Positions 9,928 through 20,213 of a stretch of DNA of 64,000 bases are shown here, one piece after another. The notes below the pieces were generated by a model. The model had not been told where the DNA came from, ran no database searches, and worked only from the letters and a program-made list of their open reading frames with translations. The translations under genes and the position numbers were made by a program. The number at the start of each line of letters is the position of its first letter. The first letter of the stretch is position 1. This stretch comes from an uncultured Nitrospiraceae bacterium (GTDB lineage: Bacteria > Nitrospirota > Thermodesulfovibrionia > Thermodesulfovibrionales > UBA6898): the NCBI GenBank assembly GCA_963811165.1, contig CAWEQH010000010.1, positions 864,001 to 928,000 of the forward strand. The letters run 5' to 3'.

Positions 9928-10360
9928 GGTATTTCCTCCTTCCCGTATGCTTGCATTTTACAACAAAAGCAGTATTCGCCGCACCCGAGTAGGAGAAAAC
10001 GACATCTGTATTTTCCATTAGTCGACTATCATTTCAAAATTTCTTCACATTGACCCTGTAGGCTATTCAAAAAACAAAGGTGATAGACAGGGAGGCAAAA
10101 GAGGATGATGTTGTATGGCCTTATACTGTATATAGTCGTTGTAGCCATGCTGGTCTTCGGTATCAGATAGATTCAGGGTTCCACTACATCCTTAATGGAC
10201 TTCACGCCGTCTTCGCTGATAGTACTTTCAGCATCATAACGACGGCAAATACTAGACAGCCTCTCTCGATCCGTTACGGACGTGAAGCCGAAGGTTATTT
10301 TTTTTGAAACACGCGGTGCCTGCCTATGGAAGACAATGAAGAATCTGTTATAATTTTCAA

Positions 10361-11305
10361 ATGGGTAACATGCTAAAGGCAAGAATCCTTCTTGTTGAAG
10401 ACAGCGGGGCACAGGCAAAGATTACCACGGGAAGCCTTGAAAAGAACGGGTATGAGGTAATCTTGGCGCAAGACGGCGCGTCGGCAATAAAGGCTGTTAA
10501 GACTGCTTCTCCGCATATAGTTCTACTGGACCTTATCCTTCCTGATATGAATGGATTGACGGTATGCCGGTGGATAAAGGCGAACGACGACACAAAAGGC
10601 ATCCCCGTAATCATGCTTACCGCCAGGGGCACTATTGACGATAAGGTTTCGGGCATTGAGGCAGGAGCCGACGACTATCTTCCGAAGCCTTACGACGAAA
10701 CTGAGCTCAACATGAGAATTTATGCTGCATTAAGGACCACGGCGCTCAGGGATGAGTTAAGAGAGAAGAACCGACAGCTGAGCCAACTACTATCGAAGGT
10801 GGAAACCCTCTCCATTACAGATCCCCTGACAGGGCTTTTCAACAGAAGACATCTTGAGACGGTGATTGAGGCAGAATGGAAAAAGATAAAAAGATATGGA
10901 CAATCCATTACGTGCCTTTTAATGGACATAGACGATTTCAAGGCGGTCAACGATATATACGGCCACAGTGCAGGCGATTCGGTGCTGGTGGAGATTGCAC
11001 GAATACTGGAGAGGAATCACAGGGAAACAGATACTGTCGCGAGATGGGGCGGTGAGGAGTTTATCTCTATTCTTCCTCATGCGCCCCCCGATCTGGGAAT
11101 AATGGTCGCAGAAAGGATACTGGCAAAGGTTTCGGGCCACAAATTCGCGCAGATACGGGAGAGGCGTATAACTGTAAGCATCGGCCTTGCTTTTTCCGGT
11201 GCTTCCTCAAGTACATACGAAAAATTGTTCAAAGACGCCGACGATGCCCTGTATGAGGCAAAAAGGAAGGGCAAGAACAGAGTGGAAGTCGCCGTCATGA
11301 AATAG
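10361..11305 (+). CDS. Response-regulator diguanylate cyclase (REC-GGDEF, WspR/PleD-like)
   Basis: Receiver domain, TDPLTGLFNRR, DIDDFKAVND, RETD I-site, RWGGEEF. Confidence 0.94.
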   Translation: MGNMLKARILLVEDSGAQAKITTGSLEKNGYEVILAQDGASAIKAVKTASPHIVLLDLILPDMNGLTVCRWIKANDDTKGIPVIMLTARGTIDDKVSGIEAGADDYLPKPYDETELNMRIYAALRTTALRDELREKNRQLSQLLSKVETLSITDPLTGLFNRRHLETVIEAEWKKIKRYGQSITCLLMDIDDFKAVNDIYGHSAGDSVLVEIARILERNHRETDTVARWGGEEFISILPHAPPDLGIMVAERILAKVSGHKFAQIRERRITVSIGLAFSGASSSTYEKLFKDADDALYEAKRKGKNRVEVAVMK

Positions 11306-11560
11306 ATACCTCTTCGCAGCGCAGATAAGGAATGTTGAATGCCGAATTCTTCGCATATCTGCTTGCCTATAGGTCTGTCAACCTTCTTCTTTCGCCGCTT
11401 CAGGCATGGTTATCATGGCTCCACATCGGCAGTACTCTTATCCCCTCTGCCGCCTCCCTCGTAAACTGGGAGAGAGTAAGCCATAAAGATTGATTGAAAG
11501 TGGGTGCTGAGTATTATGTCGCAGGAATCAAATTTCGCAATGAACGCAGAGTCCGTGGAA

Positions 11561-12193
11561 TCAGATCTCCGGCCGCCATCTTTCAAAAAACTGGTCCATT
11601 GCAGATGTAGACCCTATGGGGATGTGGCCGTATAAAATAGATAACTGTTTTTTTGCCTCCGTTTTAGATATTTTATCGACGATCACCTTCCACATTGCCG
11701 ACACCAGCCCTGACCTGTCCGCGCCGGACTTGCAATGAATCAGTATCGGACGCGGCGCGGAATTGAAGATCTCAAGGAGCACTTGCACCTCTTTGGCGGT
11801 CAGCCCACGGGAGGCCGACAACGCCATATCGTAATGCACTATGCCGTGTTCCGAACTCACCTTCACCTCTTCGACGTACCAACCGCTATCCGGATTCTTT
11901 CCTCTTAAGTTTAGTATGCTCTTCAAGCGATACTTATGAATATAGTATTCAAGTTCGTCTCTATCCATTTGAGCAGACCTGTAAGCCTCGCCGGGCGTAA
12001 TAGGGTGAAAGTTACCTTGCTCTTCGATATATATATAAAAACTCCCTATCAAGATACATAAAAATGAGACAGATGCGATTATAAACTTACGTCGGGAAAA
12101 AATGGATTTTGTCGGGCCAGTTGCGCTTGAGAAGAATGAGAAAATAGGGCCGGGTTGCGAAGACATAAAACGCCCGATGACCTTTTTACTCAT
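11561..12193 (-). CDS. Protein-tyrosine/dual-specificity phosphatase family protein with an N-terminal membrane anchor
   Basis: HCKSGADRSG (CX5R), YRSAQ, ILNLRG. Confidence 0.88.
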   Translation of the reverse strand: MSKKVIGRFMSSQPGPIFSFFSSATGPTKSIFSRRKFIIASVSFLCILIGSFYIYIEEQGNFHPITPGEAYRSAQMDRDELEYYIHKYRLKSILNLRGKNPDSGWYVEEVKVSSEHGIVHYDMALSASRGLTAKEVQVLLEIFNSAPRPILIHCKSGADRSGLVSAMWKVIVDKISKTEAKKQLSILYGHIPIGSTSAMDQFFERWRPEI

Positions 12194-13439
12194 GACGCAG
12201 GGCGATAATCGGGTCGAGCTGAGTGGCCTTCCACGCCGGATAGAAGCCGAAAAAAATGCCTACGCCGATGGCAAATAGCGGAGAGATGATGAGCGCTTCA
12301 AGGGGAATGGATACCGACCATCCCAAGACGTACCCCAAAATGAAAGAGCCGACTACACCGACACAGACCCCAAAGAGACCGCCGAAAAGGCTTAGCATGA
12401 CGGCCTCTCCGAGAAACTGAATCTGTATGGCCCACGTTGTGGCCCCTATAGCGAGGCGCAAACCAATTTCTTTCGTTCGCTGGGTCACCGACACCAGCAT
12501 CACGTTCATGATCCCTATACCGCCAACAAGGAGTGAGATAGAGGCGACGCTGATAAGAAAAAACGCGAGCGTCCGGTTCGCGGCGATCTGGGCCTTAATC
12601 ACCTCTTCCGGATGACGTATATTGAAATCATCCCCCTCGCCCGGCCGGATGTGATGCCGTTCGCGAAGCAGCGCATTGATCCGGTCGATGGCCGGGTTAG
12701 CAGCGTCACGGGAGACAGCCGAAGTCATAATGTCGTCCAGCCATACGAAACCCGTGCCCCTCAGCTTCTTCTGTACCGTAGTATAGGGCATCAGGATAGT
12801 GTCGTCCTGGTCTTGTCCGGTAGTCGACTGTCCCTTCGGCGTCAACACGCCGATCACCTTGAATACTTGTTTGTTGATTCGAATGTCCCGGCCAACTGCC
12901 TCCCCCGCCCCAAAGAGCTGCTGACGCGCCGTTTGTCCAATCACGCTGACGTTTGCCGCACGCTTGACGTCTTCCGTCGTGAACAGATCCCCCTCCGCAA
13001 TATCCCAACTCCTGATAGCGAGGAATTCGGGAGTGACGCCACGGTAATGTGTTGTCCAATTACGGTTCCCAAAGGCAATGAGCACGGTCCCATCCACATT
13101 CGGGGAAACACTCTTGATGAGCGGCACACTCTTACTGATTGCTTCTACATCTCCCATGGTAAGGGAAGTCATTCCGTGGCTGCCGCTTCGCACCCCGTTT
13201 ACGTTGCGGGAACCGGCCTCGATCCATACGAGATTATCTCCTAAATTTTGGAGCTGCCGTTCGGCACGCTGCGAACCTGCTGTGCCGATGGCCACCACGC
13301 AAATTACTGCGGCAATGCCGATTGCGATCCCAATTGCCGACAGCGCGCTCCGCAGCTTGTTGCGGGAGAGGGCGCGGACGGCCTCACGACCGAAGAGACT
13401 TAGCGAGATGTCGATAATATTATTTGCGATGCCGGCCAT
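12186..13439 (-). CDS. MacB/FtsX-type ABC permease; no adjacent ATPase
   Basis: RNKLRSALSAIGIAIG, SLLVGGIGIMNVMLVSVTQRTKEIGLRLAIGA, GFYPAWKATQLDPIIALR. Confidence 0.92.
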   Translation of the reverse strand: MAGIANNIIDISLSLFGREAVRALSRNKLRSALSAIGIAIGIAAVICVVAIGTAGSQRAERQLQNLGDNLVWIEAGSRNVNGVRSGSHGMTSLTMGDVEAISKSVPLIKSVSPNVDGTVLIAFGNRNWTTHYRGVTPEFLAIRSWDIAEGDLFTTEDVKRAANVSVIGQTARQQLFGAGEAVGRDIRINKQVFKVIGVLTPKGQSTTGQDQDDTILMPYTTVQKKLRGTGFVWLDDIMTSAVSRDAANPAIDRINALLRERHHIRPGEGDDFNIRHPEEVIKAQIAANRTLAFFLISVASISLLVGGIGIMNVMLVSVTQRTKEIGLRLAIGATTWAIQIQFLGEAVMLSLFGGLFGVCVGVVGSFILGYVLGWSVSIPLEALIISPLFAIGVGIFFGFYPAWKATQLDPIIALRHE

Positions 13440-13448
13440 AAACGTGCA

Positions 13449-14096
13449 TTACTGCATATATTTTTCGAGTTTCTGGAGTACTTCAATATGGAGATGCTCG
13501 GTGGGTACTATCCGGAATTCTATCCAGTCGTTATCCTTCACGACCCTGTTCACCGGCATTGCAGCTGCAACAAAAAAGATGCCGAATTTGTTTTCAAGCT
13601 GCGGCTCCGCCGCATAAAGAAAATTCAGGAGCAGCCAGGCCTTCTGCTGCGCCTGTAAACTCATTACCCTGTTCATTTCCGGATCCTGCCCCAACGGGTA
13701 TCTAATGTTGACCATAATGAGACTGATATTTTTCCTGGTATCCTCATTACTCAGGGCGGAAAGAAACACGCGGCTTAATTTGTTAAGGGCAGCAGGGTCG
13801 GACCCCTTTGCATAATGGCTGCCTTCGAAGAACTGGGACTGGTCCACAAGGATAGAGCCGGCCCGGAATTTGACACCCTTGACATCATTTGTTCCAAATT
13901 CCCGTGACAACAGCTTGTTGATGCTCTGCGTGAACTTGATTTTAGGCTGAGAAATCGCCAGGGCCGGCTCCATGAACCGCTGGATCTTGACTGCCCGGTA
14001 ATAAAGGATTGCACTCAGGAGCAGCAGGCCTATCAGTGTCAAGCTTAGCATGGGACCGGGGGGAAGGATGAACTTTCTGAGAGAACCCTTATTCAT
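13449..14096 (-). CDS. Single-TM protein with a degenerate OmpA/MotB-like periplasmic domain (start MNKGSL)
   Basis: ATG 14096 overlaps the upstream TAA (TAATG). One TM helix, then GSILV..FF, ISLIMV..N..MS..QKA..LLNFL reminiscent of OmpA-C; fold is inferred. Confidence 0.6.
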   Translation of the reverse strand: MNKGSLRKFILPPGPMLSLTLIGLLLLSAILYYRAVKIQRFMEPALAISQPKIKFTQSINKLLSREFGTNDVKGVKFRAGSILVDQSQFFEGSHYAKGSDPAALNKLSRVFLSALSNEDTRKNISLIMVNIRYPLGQDPEMNRVMSLQAQQKAWLLLNFLYAAEPQLENKFGIFFVAAAMPVNRVVKDNDWIEFRIVPTEHLHIEVLQKLEKYMQ

Positions 14097-14986
14097 TATT
14101 GCAACGCATCGTCTAATAATTCCAGGTTCTTTGCCGCAACGTCGAAATCTCCTTCGGAAATCCCCGTGGGCTGGTGAATGGCCTGGTTTCTCAGCCTGAG
14201 CAGCTGATGAAACAGCCCCTTCCTGTAATTGCTGATGCGGTGTGTACGTTCCATTTCTTTCAGGCAATCCGAAAGGGAGGGAAAAGAGCACCCTATCATG
14301 ATGCTGGTAATAGACTTCAGCCGGTTTTCAAGGTAATGTCCAAGGAGGAGAGAGGCGACGACCTTTTCTCCGCTTCTATAGTATTCCCGTGCGTGCTCAA
14401 CGGAGATGCCGCCTTCAAAGATACGGATGTTCTCGCTGGATTCGGACTCACCGGGCGCAATGTGCTGTATCTTCTGATACACCTCCAGACACTTATCGAT
14501 CATGTTTTTCTCAAGATAGGACTCGGCAAGGAGAAACAGCTCCCGTATGCTGTCCGCACTCTCCCTTTGCCTGTATGCAAACGCATATGCACGCTTGAGG
14601 GCCTCGGTCTTGTCGTCCTTCTTATCGAGCACGTCGAAATGCCGCGCCCAGCGCTTTCCCTTTAACACATTGTCCTTCGTGAACCGGAAGAGTTGTTCTG
14701 AAACCTCGCTCTTGTTGAGCTTTCCACTTATGATGATGATGTTAAGGGTCGGGTGGTTCTCAAATATCTCGGGCAATGCATCAATGCCCTCATTCATCCT
14801 GTCAAATTCTATGTCCAGGGTCATAAGATCAAAGATCCTGGTCGTCAAGAGTTGTAACGCCAGTCTCACGCTGACAGCCTCGTGAAACCTCAGGTCGGGT
14901 TCCGAGGGACCAAGTGCCTTCGTGATTTCGAGTTTCAGGAGTTCCCTGTCTTCATAGTCGTCGTCGGCGATCAGAACACTAAACAT
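14096..14986 (-). CDS. Response regulator with REC + TPR-like helix + C-terminal HEPN/DUF4145-like domain
   Basis: IADDD..DLMTLD..SG receiver; C-terminal YLENRL...LRLRNQAIH (RX4H). Confidence 0.8.
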   Translation of the reverse strand: MFSVLIADDDYEDRELLKLEITKALGPSEPDLRFHEAVSVRLALQLLTTRIFDLMTLDIEFDRMNEGIDALPEIFENHPTLNIIIISGKLNKSEVSEQLFRFTKDNVLKGKRWARHFDVLDKKDDKTEALKRAYAFAYRQRESADSIRELFLLAESYLEKNMIDKCLEVYQKIQHIAPGESESSENIRIFEGGISVEHAREYYRSGEKVVASLLLGHYLENRLKSITSIMIGCSFPSLSDCLKEMERTHRISNYRKGLFHQLLRLRNQAIHQPTGISEGDFDVAAKNLELLDDALQ

Positions 14987-16019
14987 TCAGGGCCTCCTTA
15001 ATAAACGGCAGATTGATAATGATCTCGGTGCCCGCCCCGGGGGCGGTATATTCCTTCCCCACCCGGATCTTTCCCGCGTGAAGACCAACCACGTATTTCA
15101 CGTAATATAGTCCCTGCCCCCATCCTCCCCGGGCACCCTTGCCTTTATAGAAGCAGAGGTCCGCCTCGTGTTCGTCCATACCGGAACCCTCGTCACGGAA
15201 AGACAGGGAAAGATACTGTCGTCTCACGTCGGTGTCCAGCGAGCATGACAGGAATATGCGGGCGCGGGCCTGTTCGGGCTTTTTGTACTTTATGGAATTG
15301 TCGATAAGGTTTTCGAATACTGTTTTCAAGAGGGTTGGCGAAGCTGTGATCGCGGGCAGAGACACCTTGTCTTGAAAATGAAAATCCACCAGATCGCTGT
15401 ACTGGGCAACCAGGGATTCGAGCATTGCCCTCAGATCAACACTTGAAAACTCTATCAATGCCGATTCCCGCTCATCGGAGATCTTTTTAAAAATATCAAT
15501 GTCGGCAAACAATTTGTTCAGATTTTCATCGATCCGCACCCTTGACTCGATGGGGAGGTCAGGGAGGAAATCCAGGCGGCGCTTGATCCGGCCAAGATTA
15601 TTTTTGAATTCGTGTCCTATTGTCGCGGAGATGTAGCGGATGAATTCGTTCCGTTGGGCGATTTCCTGGTTCCTGATAAGAAGAAGTCGATTTTCGCGGG
15701 CCCTCCGCTGTTTCTGCTGATATACAAGAGTAAGGTAAACGCAGAGCATGGCGAAGGAGCCTGTCATTACCAGGAAGGCATAGTGCGACACCCTGTTGGA
15801 CGCATCGAGGTGGTCCTGCATTATAGTAAGGCGCCACTCTACGTCGGCATCCGGATGGACGGAAACAGGGGCTTTCCACGGCATGAGCCAGGGTTCGAAT
15901 CTGTCGAAGGGCTTCACGAAGCGATCCATGTACGCCATACCGAGGAGAAGCCAGACGACCACCGTCACCGTCAGCAGCGAAACGTACCTGACGGCCCTGA
16001 GAACTAAGGGTATCGACAT
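14979..16019 (-). CDS. Membrane sensor histidine kinase
   Basis: Two TMs, TIGHEFKN H-box, ENLIDNSIKY N-box, DEGSGM, GQGLY. Confidence 0.88.
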   Translation of the reverse strand: MSIPLVLRAVRYVSLLTVTVVVWLLLGMAYMDRFVKPFDRFEPWLMPWKAPVSVHPDADVEWRLTIMQDHLDASNRVSHYAFLVMTGSFAMLCVYLTLVYQQKQRRARENRLLLIRNQEIAQRNEFIRYISATIGHEFKNNLGRIKRRLDFLPDLPIESRVRIDENLNKLFADIDIFKKISDERESALIEFSSVDLRAMLESLVAQYSDLVDFHFQDKVSLPAITASPTLLKTVFENLIDNSIKYKKPEQARARIFLSCSLDTDVRRQYLSLSFRDEGSGMDEHEADLCFYKGKGARGGWGQGLYYVKYVVGLHAGKIRVGKEYTAPGAGTEIIINLPFIKEALNV

Positions 16020-16215
16020 AAATTATTGTAACCGGTTTGCAGGGAAACGTACAACAATTACCGTCGTCCCCCCTGCCGGCAATCCCTCTTCCATCGGGGG
16101 TCGCCCATTAAAAGGCACCGCCCTCTCTCATAGAATTTCCGCGTCAGGGAGAATGACGTCGAGAAAACAGAGATCAAAGAAACTAAAACCGGTTTATGGA
16201 AGGCGCTCTCTCCGC

Positions 16216-16497
16216 TTAACGCTTAAACTTTGAATATTCTTCTTCTTTGACTTTCTTAAAAAAGTCACAGTATACACAAGATTTGTATTTCTTGGCATAT
16301 GTCCCCTGCACATCCCCGTTGCAAAGAGTGCCGACAACAAACCAGCAGGCCCTCCCACCATTCGTGCCCCCGTGCAGCCTATCAAGATTTTCTGTAGTCG
16401 CAGCCGGGCAAACACCTAAGTCACTACTATGACTGCCTTCCGGTTGCCTTCCACATTTCTTGAATTCCCAGCAGTTAACTCTTTTGTTTCTTTTCAT
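16216..16497 (-). CDS. Two-CW domain protein (small, Cys-rich)
   Basis: NCWEFKKCGR..CPAA..GRACWFVVGTLC..CVYCDFF; start placed at MKRNKR 16497. Confidence 0.75.
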   Translation of the reverse strand: MKRNKRVNCWEFKKCGRQPEGSHSSDLGVCPAATTENLDRLHGGTNGGRACWFVVGTLCNGDVQGTYAKKYKSCVYCDFFKKVKEEEYSKFKR

Positions 16498-16742
16498 TTT
16501 GAAATCTTTTGTCTTCACTCTGCGTTTAGTATCACACGGAATCTTCTTGTGCGTCAATTAGTTAATTATTTTTAGTAGGAATTATATTATCTAGAAATTG
16601 ATATGAGAGAACAGGGTTGTTATATCTCTGTTCGCTCAAGGGCGAGGTGACTATCCAGCCTTATTTTTGCACAGATGCAAAAGGATTTGCGGGAATGCAT
16701 TGGGATTGGAGTGAGGAATCATTTAGAATCGGCGAGTTAGTA

Positions 16743-16759
16743 TTGGCATGGGGAATGCA
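16743..16759 (+). promoter_or_regulatory. Sigma54 -24/-12 promoter
   Basis: TTGGCATGGGGAATGCA (GG-N10-GC) upstream of the paired membrane-protein genes. Confidence 0.7.
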
Positions 16760-16797
16760 CTATATATTTGCAAGAACATAAGAAGGAGGACGGGAAG

Positions 16798-17118
16798 ATG
16801 AAAGACAAAGGATACGCAAAGAAACTGGCATACATGGGAGCAGGGTGCGGAGTAGTGCTGTTTGGAGTATTTGGGTTGCTTCCCGGGTCATTCCTTGGCG
16901 GGGTGATGGGACTTAATATCGCAGGGAAGCTGCTTGGAGTGCCTTTGGCCTCGGGTATCCTTTCGAGGCTGATAGTTGCGGCATCGATGGTAATAGGGGT
17001 GATGGTCTCTGGGATCATGTTCATCACCGCCAGTTCGATTGCGGGCTGGCTTATAGGGACGGTGCTGGATGCGATCACGGCAGAGAAGAAAGAAATGGCT
17101 GAAGTAGGGCATAAATAA
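16798..17118 (+). CDS. Small Gly-rich membrane protein, hypothetical
   Basis: AGGAGG RBS; GAGCGVVLFGVFGLLPGSFLGG; paralog of the next gene. Confidence 0.75.
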   Translation: MKDKGYAKKLAYMGAGCGVVLFGVFGLLPGSFLGGVMGLNIAGKLLGVPLASGILSRLIVAASMVIGVMVSGIMFITASSIAGWLIGTVLDAITAEKKEMAEVGHK

Positions 17119-17158
17119 TTATTGTCGGATAACAAATAAAAACCAAGGAGGAAGTGTC

Positions 17159-17494
17159 ATGAAAGAGGAAAGAAAAAGGACGATGAAGGTAGGGACGAAG
17201 ATCGGTGCGGCGTTGGGTGCGATAGTATTTCTGGTATTTGGGATAGTGCCGGGGTTTTATTTCGGCAGTTACGGGGCGCTGGTATTGATGAGCAGGCTTG
17301 CAGGCGGACCGGTAGAGCCCACGACAATCGTAAGAATGATCACCGTCGTGGGCGTTGCCCTGGGCATCTTCTGCGGCGCAGCTGCCAGCATCGTGCTGGG
17401 TTCGGTATTCGGCACAGCCCTCGCCTGGATAGTCGATGTGATCGGCAGCCTCGGCAAGGTCAAAGAGACCGAGGAACTGAAGGCACACAATTAA
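17159..17494 (+). CDS. Small Gly-rich membrane protein, paralog of the upstream gene
   Basis: AGGAGG RBS; GAALGAIVFLVFGIVPGFYFGS. Confidence 0.75.
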   Translation: MKEERKRTMKVGTKIGAALGAIVFLVFGIVPGFYFGSYGALVLMSRLAGGPVEPTTIVRMITVVGVALGIFCGAAASIVLGSVFGTALAWIVDVIGSLGKVKETEELKAHN

Positions 17495-17520
17495 TAGAAG
17501 TTTCCCGACCGACCGTGTAT

Positions 17521-17552
17521 AAGGCCCTTCCGGCAACGTGAAGGGCCTTCTT
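17521..17552 (+). terminator. Intrinsic terminator
   Basis: AAGGCCCTTC...GAAGGGCCTT inverted repeat. Confidence 0.65.
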
Positions 17553-17797
17553 ATGAATGCCCCTACGAGACCGGCTCGATAAAAAGCCTAACATTTCGGA
17601 AACCGGTGCGGAACAAAGTGTAACCTATAGCATGAAAAAAAGGATTCTGATCCTGCCGCTCTAGGGAACCTTTAGACGGCGATAACCTCGCCGCCTTCAT
17701 CCCTGCGCGCGATAGGGGAGCAGGTGATCTCGAAGATCATCTTTCTCTCGGCGGTGGCCGAGAATCCTCCGGATTTATCCGTAGCGGATGTCGATTA

Positions 17798-18115
17798 TTA
17801 TTCTTTCCGGTCAAGTGCGAAAACAAAGAAGTCCCTGCAAATCTGAAGTTTTTTCAGGTAGACCTTTCTCTCTGTTGCATCGAGTCTCTCAATAATCGGT
17901 TTCAATTTATCGGATCTGTCGATAAGGCCCCTCAATTCTTCCGTTGAATATGACATAGCATCCTGGGTCTTTGCACAGATATCCTCAAATTCGTTTTTCC
18001 AATCAGCCTCTGCATAGACTAACCCGCTTCTCAACAAATTTCCGGTAAAAGGAAAGATTGCCGACGTCACGATACCGCTCACCAGCGCTAAGACACAAAT
18101 TCCATATTTTTTCAT
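17798..18115 (-). CDS. Small secreted helical protein, hypothetical
   Basis: Signal-like N-terminus; DWKNEFEDICAKT...KVYLKKLQICRDFF. Confidence 0.7.
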   Translation of the reverse strand: MKKYGICVLALVSGIVTSAIFPFTGNLLRSGLVYAEADWKNEFEDICAKTQDAMSYSTEELRGLIDRSDKLKPIIERLDATERKVYLKKLQICRDFFVFALDRKE

Positions 18116-18194
18116 GGATCCCTTTCTCTAGTCCGGGTCTGCCTCCACAGCATATCTCGTTTGTATCTGATCCGCCAAAAAAAGCACCTGCTTA

Positions 18195-18994
18195 CTATTG
18201 TACCGGCTTTGTATGACATCTCTGACAGTCAAGCAGAGGAAATGCAACCGAGCCGTGACAGACGCCGCAATATTTACCATCAAAGATTTCGACCATGGAA
18301 TACTTCGTCATTCCCTTCTTAACGCCGACAAAGATCTCAGGATGACAGAGTTCACAACCACTCCATACCGTGTGTTTCTTGTGAGAAAAGACGATCTCGG
18401 GCATCCCGTTCACCTTTGCCGTGAGATTAAAATCTTTCTGTATCGCAAGGGGTTTCCTCTTGATCGACACCCCTTCAATAAAATCAACCAGGCTTACGCG
18501 TCCCTCGGCCTCAGTCTTCTCCCAATCGATCCCGTTTCCGAACCGTTCCTTCGGAAATTTTTCGGTGAATTTGGCAAACTCAAAGTCCCTTTTTACATGC
18601 ATCCCAAGCGAATGGCAACGATTGCATTGTTTATTGTCCTCATCAGACAATCTTCTTGAACACGCTTCAAACATCTTCTTATTATTGAAAATCATTTTCC
18701 CGTTGTGACATGTCCCGCAGTAATACCCCTTCATATTGTCGGCCGCCCTGATTCCCGTGCCCCCTGCCTTCATTGCGAAACCTATGTCAACATGACAAAG
18801 CCTGCAGGTAAAATTTGACCTGTGCAGCCAGTGGTCAAAGACAACAGCGGGAAGTTCCGCCTTGTCCGAATAATTGTTAATGATGACCTTCCCATAATCT
18901 TCCGGTTGGGGCCTCTTTTTTTCGTGCCGGTCGCACCCGCATTCAACCCGGTAAAAACAACCAATAACAAAAGCATGATAAATATCTTTTTCAT
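18195..18994 (-). pseudogene. Hexaheme c7-type (tandem triheme) cytochrome c, frameshifted in an A7 run at 18916-18922
   Basis: Signal peptide MKKIFIML.. (ATG 18994, RBS) is in a different frame from the six CxxCH (CRLCH, CGTCH, CNRCH, CELCH, CGVCH, CQRCH). One extra A restores GTKKKRPQPEDY. Confidence 0.75.
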
Positions 18995-19362
18995 CGGTTC
19001 TCCTCTCTTTCCGTATGCATCTCCATTCCTCACTTATTGTGAGAATAACTGCTTCAGCAGTTCCACTCCTTTCCATTACCATTATAAGTCATTTTTTTTT
19101 CTCCTGCCACCTTCTTTTCCTCCCTGATCCGCCGGGACCTGACGGATGAAGGTTCGTCTGCAAAGTCGCAAAATTGGCGCCATTCCAAACTTCTCTCCAT
19201 TCACAGCACACGTGCCCCTTGCCAGCGGCAGTGTGAATCTCGTTCCGAAACGAATAGTCGACCCGGCAATCTTATTTACTCGATAGGTGCTGTTTGACCC
19301 TCTCGCTCAATTTCACCGGTGTCGTCGTTATCTTAACCAAGAACTCATCCCGAATGTTTTCG

Positions 19363-20213
19363 CAGACAATATTTAAAAGAGTAAAATAATGCCATCTCTA
19401 AAGGCAGGCGGTTGCCCTCCTGCCTTTGTGAGACGCAGGATTAGGGGAACGATACAGACGCATTTGCATCTGCGATCGTAACCGGCTTGGTCGAATTCAG
19501 GACACCGTATTTGTACGCCTGAACCGAATACGTGCCGTTCGACATGGTCGTCGCTGTCATGTAGGTGCCACCCGCATTCGTGGTCCCCTGCGCAACAATC
19601 GTCCCGGACGAATTCTTCACGGTAATTGTCGCGCCGCTGACAACCGGACTCGTGGTTACAGCGATGCTGTACTTCGTTGTAGCCGTTCCGGAAGCTGCAA
19701 AGTCAACTCCACTTGCACTCGGTCCTACCGTTACGCTGCCCGATGCCTGCGGATTAAAGGTCACACCCGACTTGCTCGGAACAACCGTATAGGTACCGGG
19801 CTTCACATTCGTGAAGGAGTAAGTCCCAGTACCAGAAGTAGGAGTGTAGGTACTTCCGACAACGGTCGCCCCGCTCTTCAGACTGACAAGCACATTATTG
19901 ACATTCGGGGAAGCCCCGGTCACTGTGCCTGAGATCGTGAAGGTGCTGAGCGGACCGCTTGATGCAGTTGTGCTATTGCTGAGCCCACCCGCATCGGTTA
20001 CGCTCAAGGTGATGGGGTAAGTGCCTGCCGCCGTATAGGTGTGCGAGAAAGCTGCCCCCGCATTGCCCGTCGAGGAATAACCGTCACCCCAGGTTACCCT
20101 TATGGCGTTCGCCGGGAAGGCGGCGGCGTCTGTGGAAGCATCGGTGAGCGACACCGTCCAGGTATTTGCGGTCACGTTAAGGTTGCTGATTAGAGCAACG
20201 GGAGGCAGGTTTA
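19363..20213. repeat. Direct repeat of ~33537-34385: PKD/Ig-like tail coding region, terminator and downstream flank
   Basis: Long identical DNA stretches and a near-identical ~250-aa C-terminus ending VSFP in both proteins. Confidence 0.9.
19400..19427 (-). terminator. Intrinsic terminator
   Basis: AAAGGCAGG..CCTGCCTTT hairpin; duplicated at 33576-33603. Confidence 0.7.

Noticed and set aside
19380..19394. Sigma54 promoter downstream of the 630-aa cytochrome
   Set aside because: Decayed copy of the 33555 promoter; lacks the -12 GC
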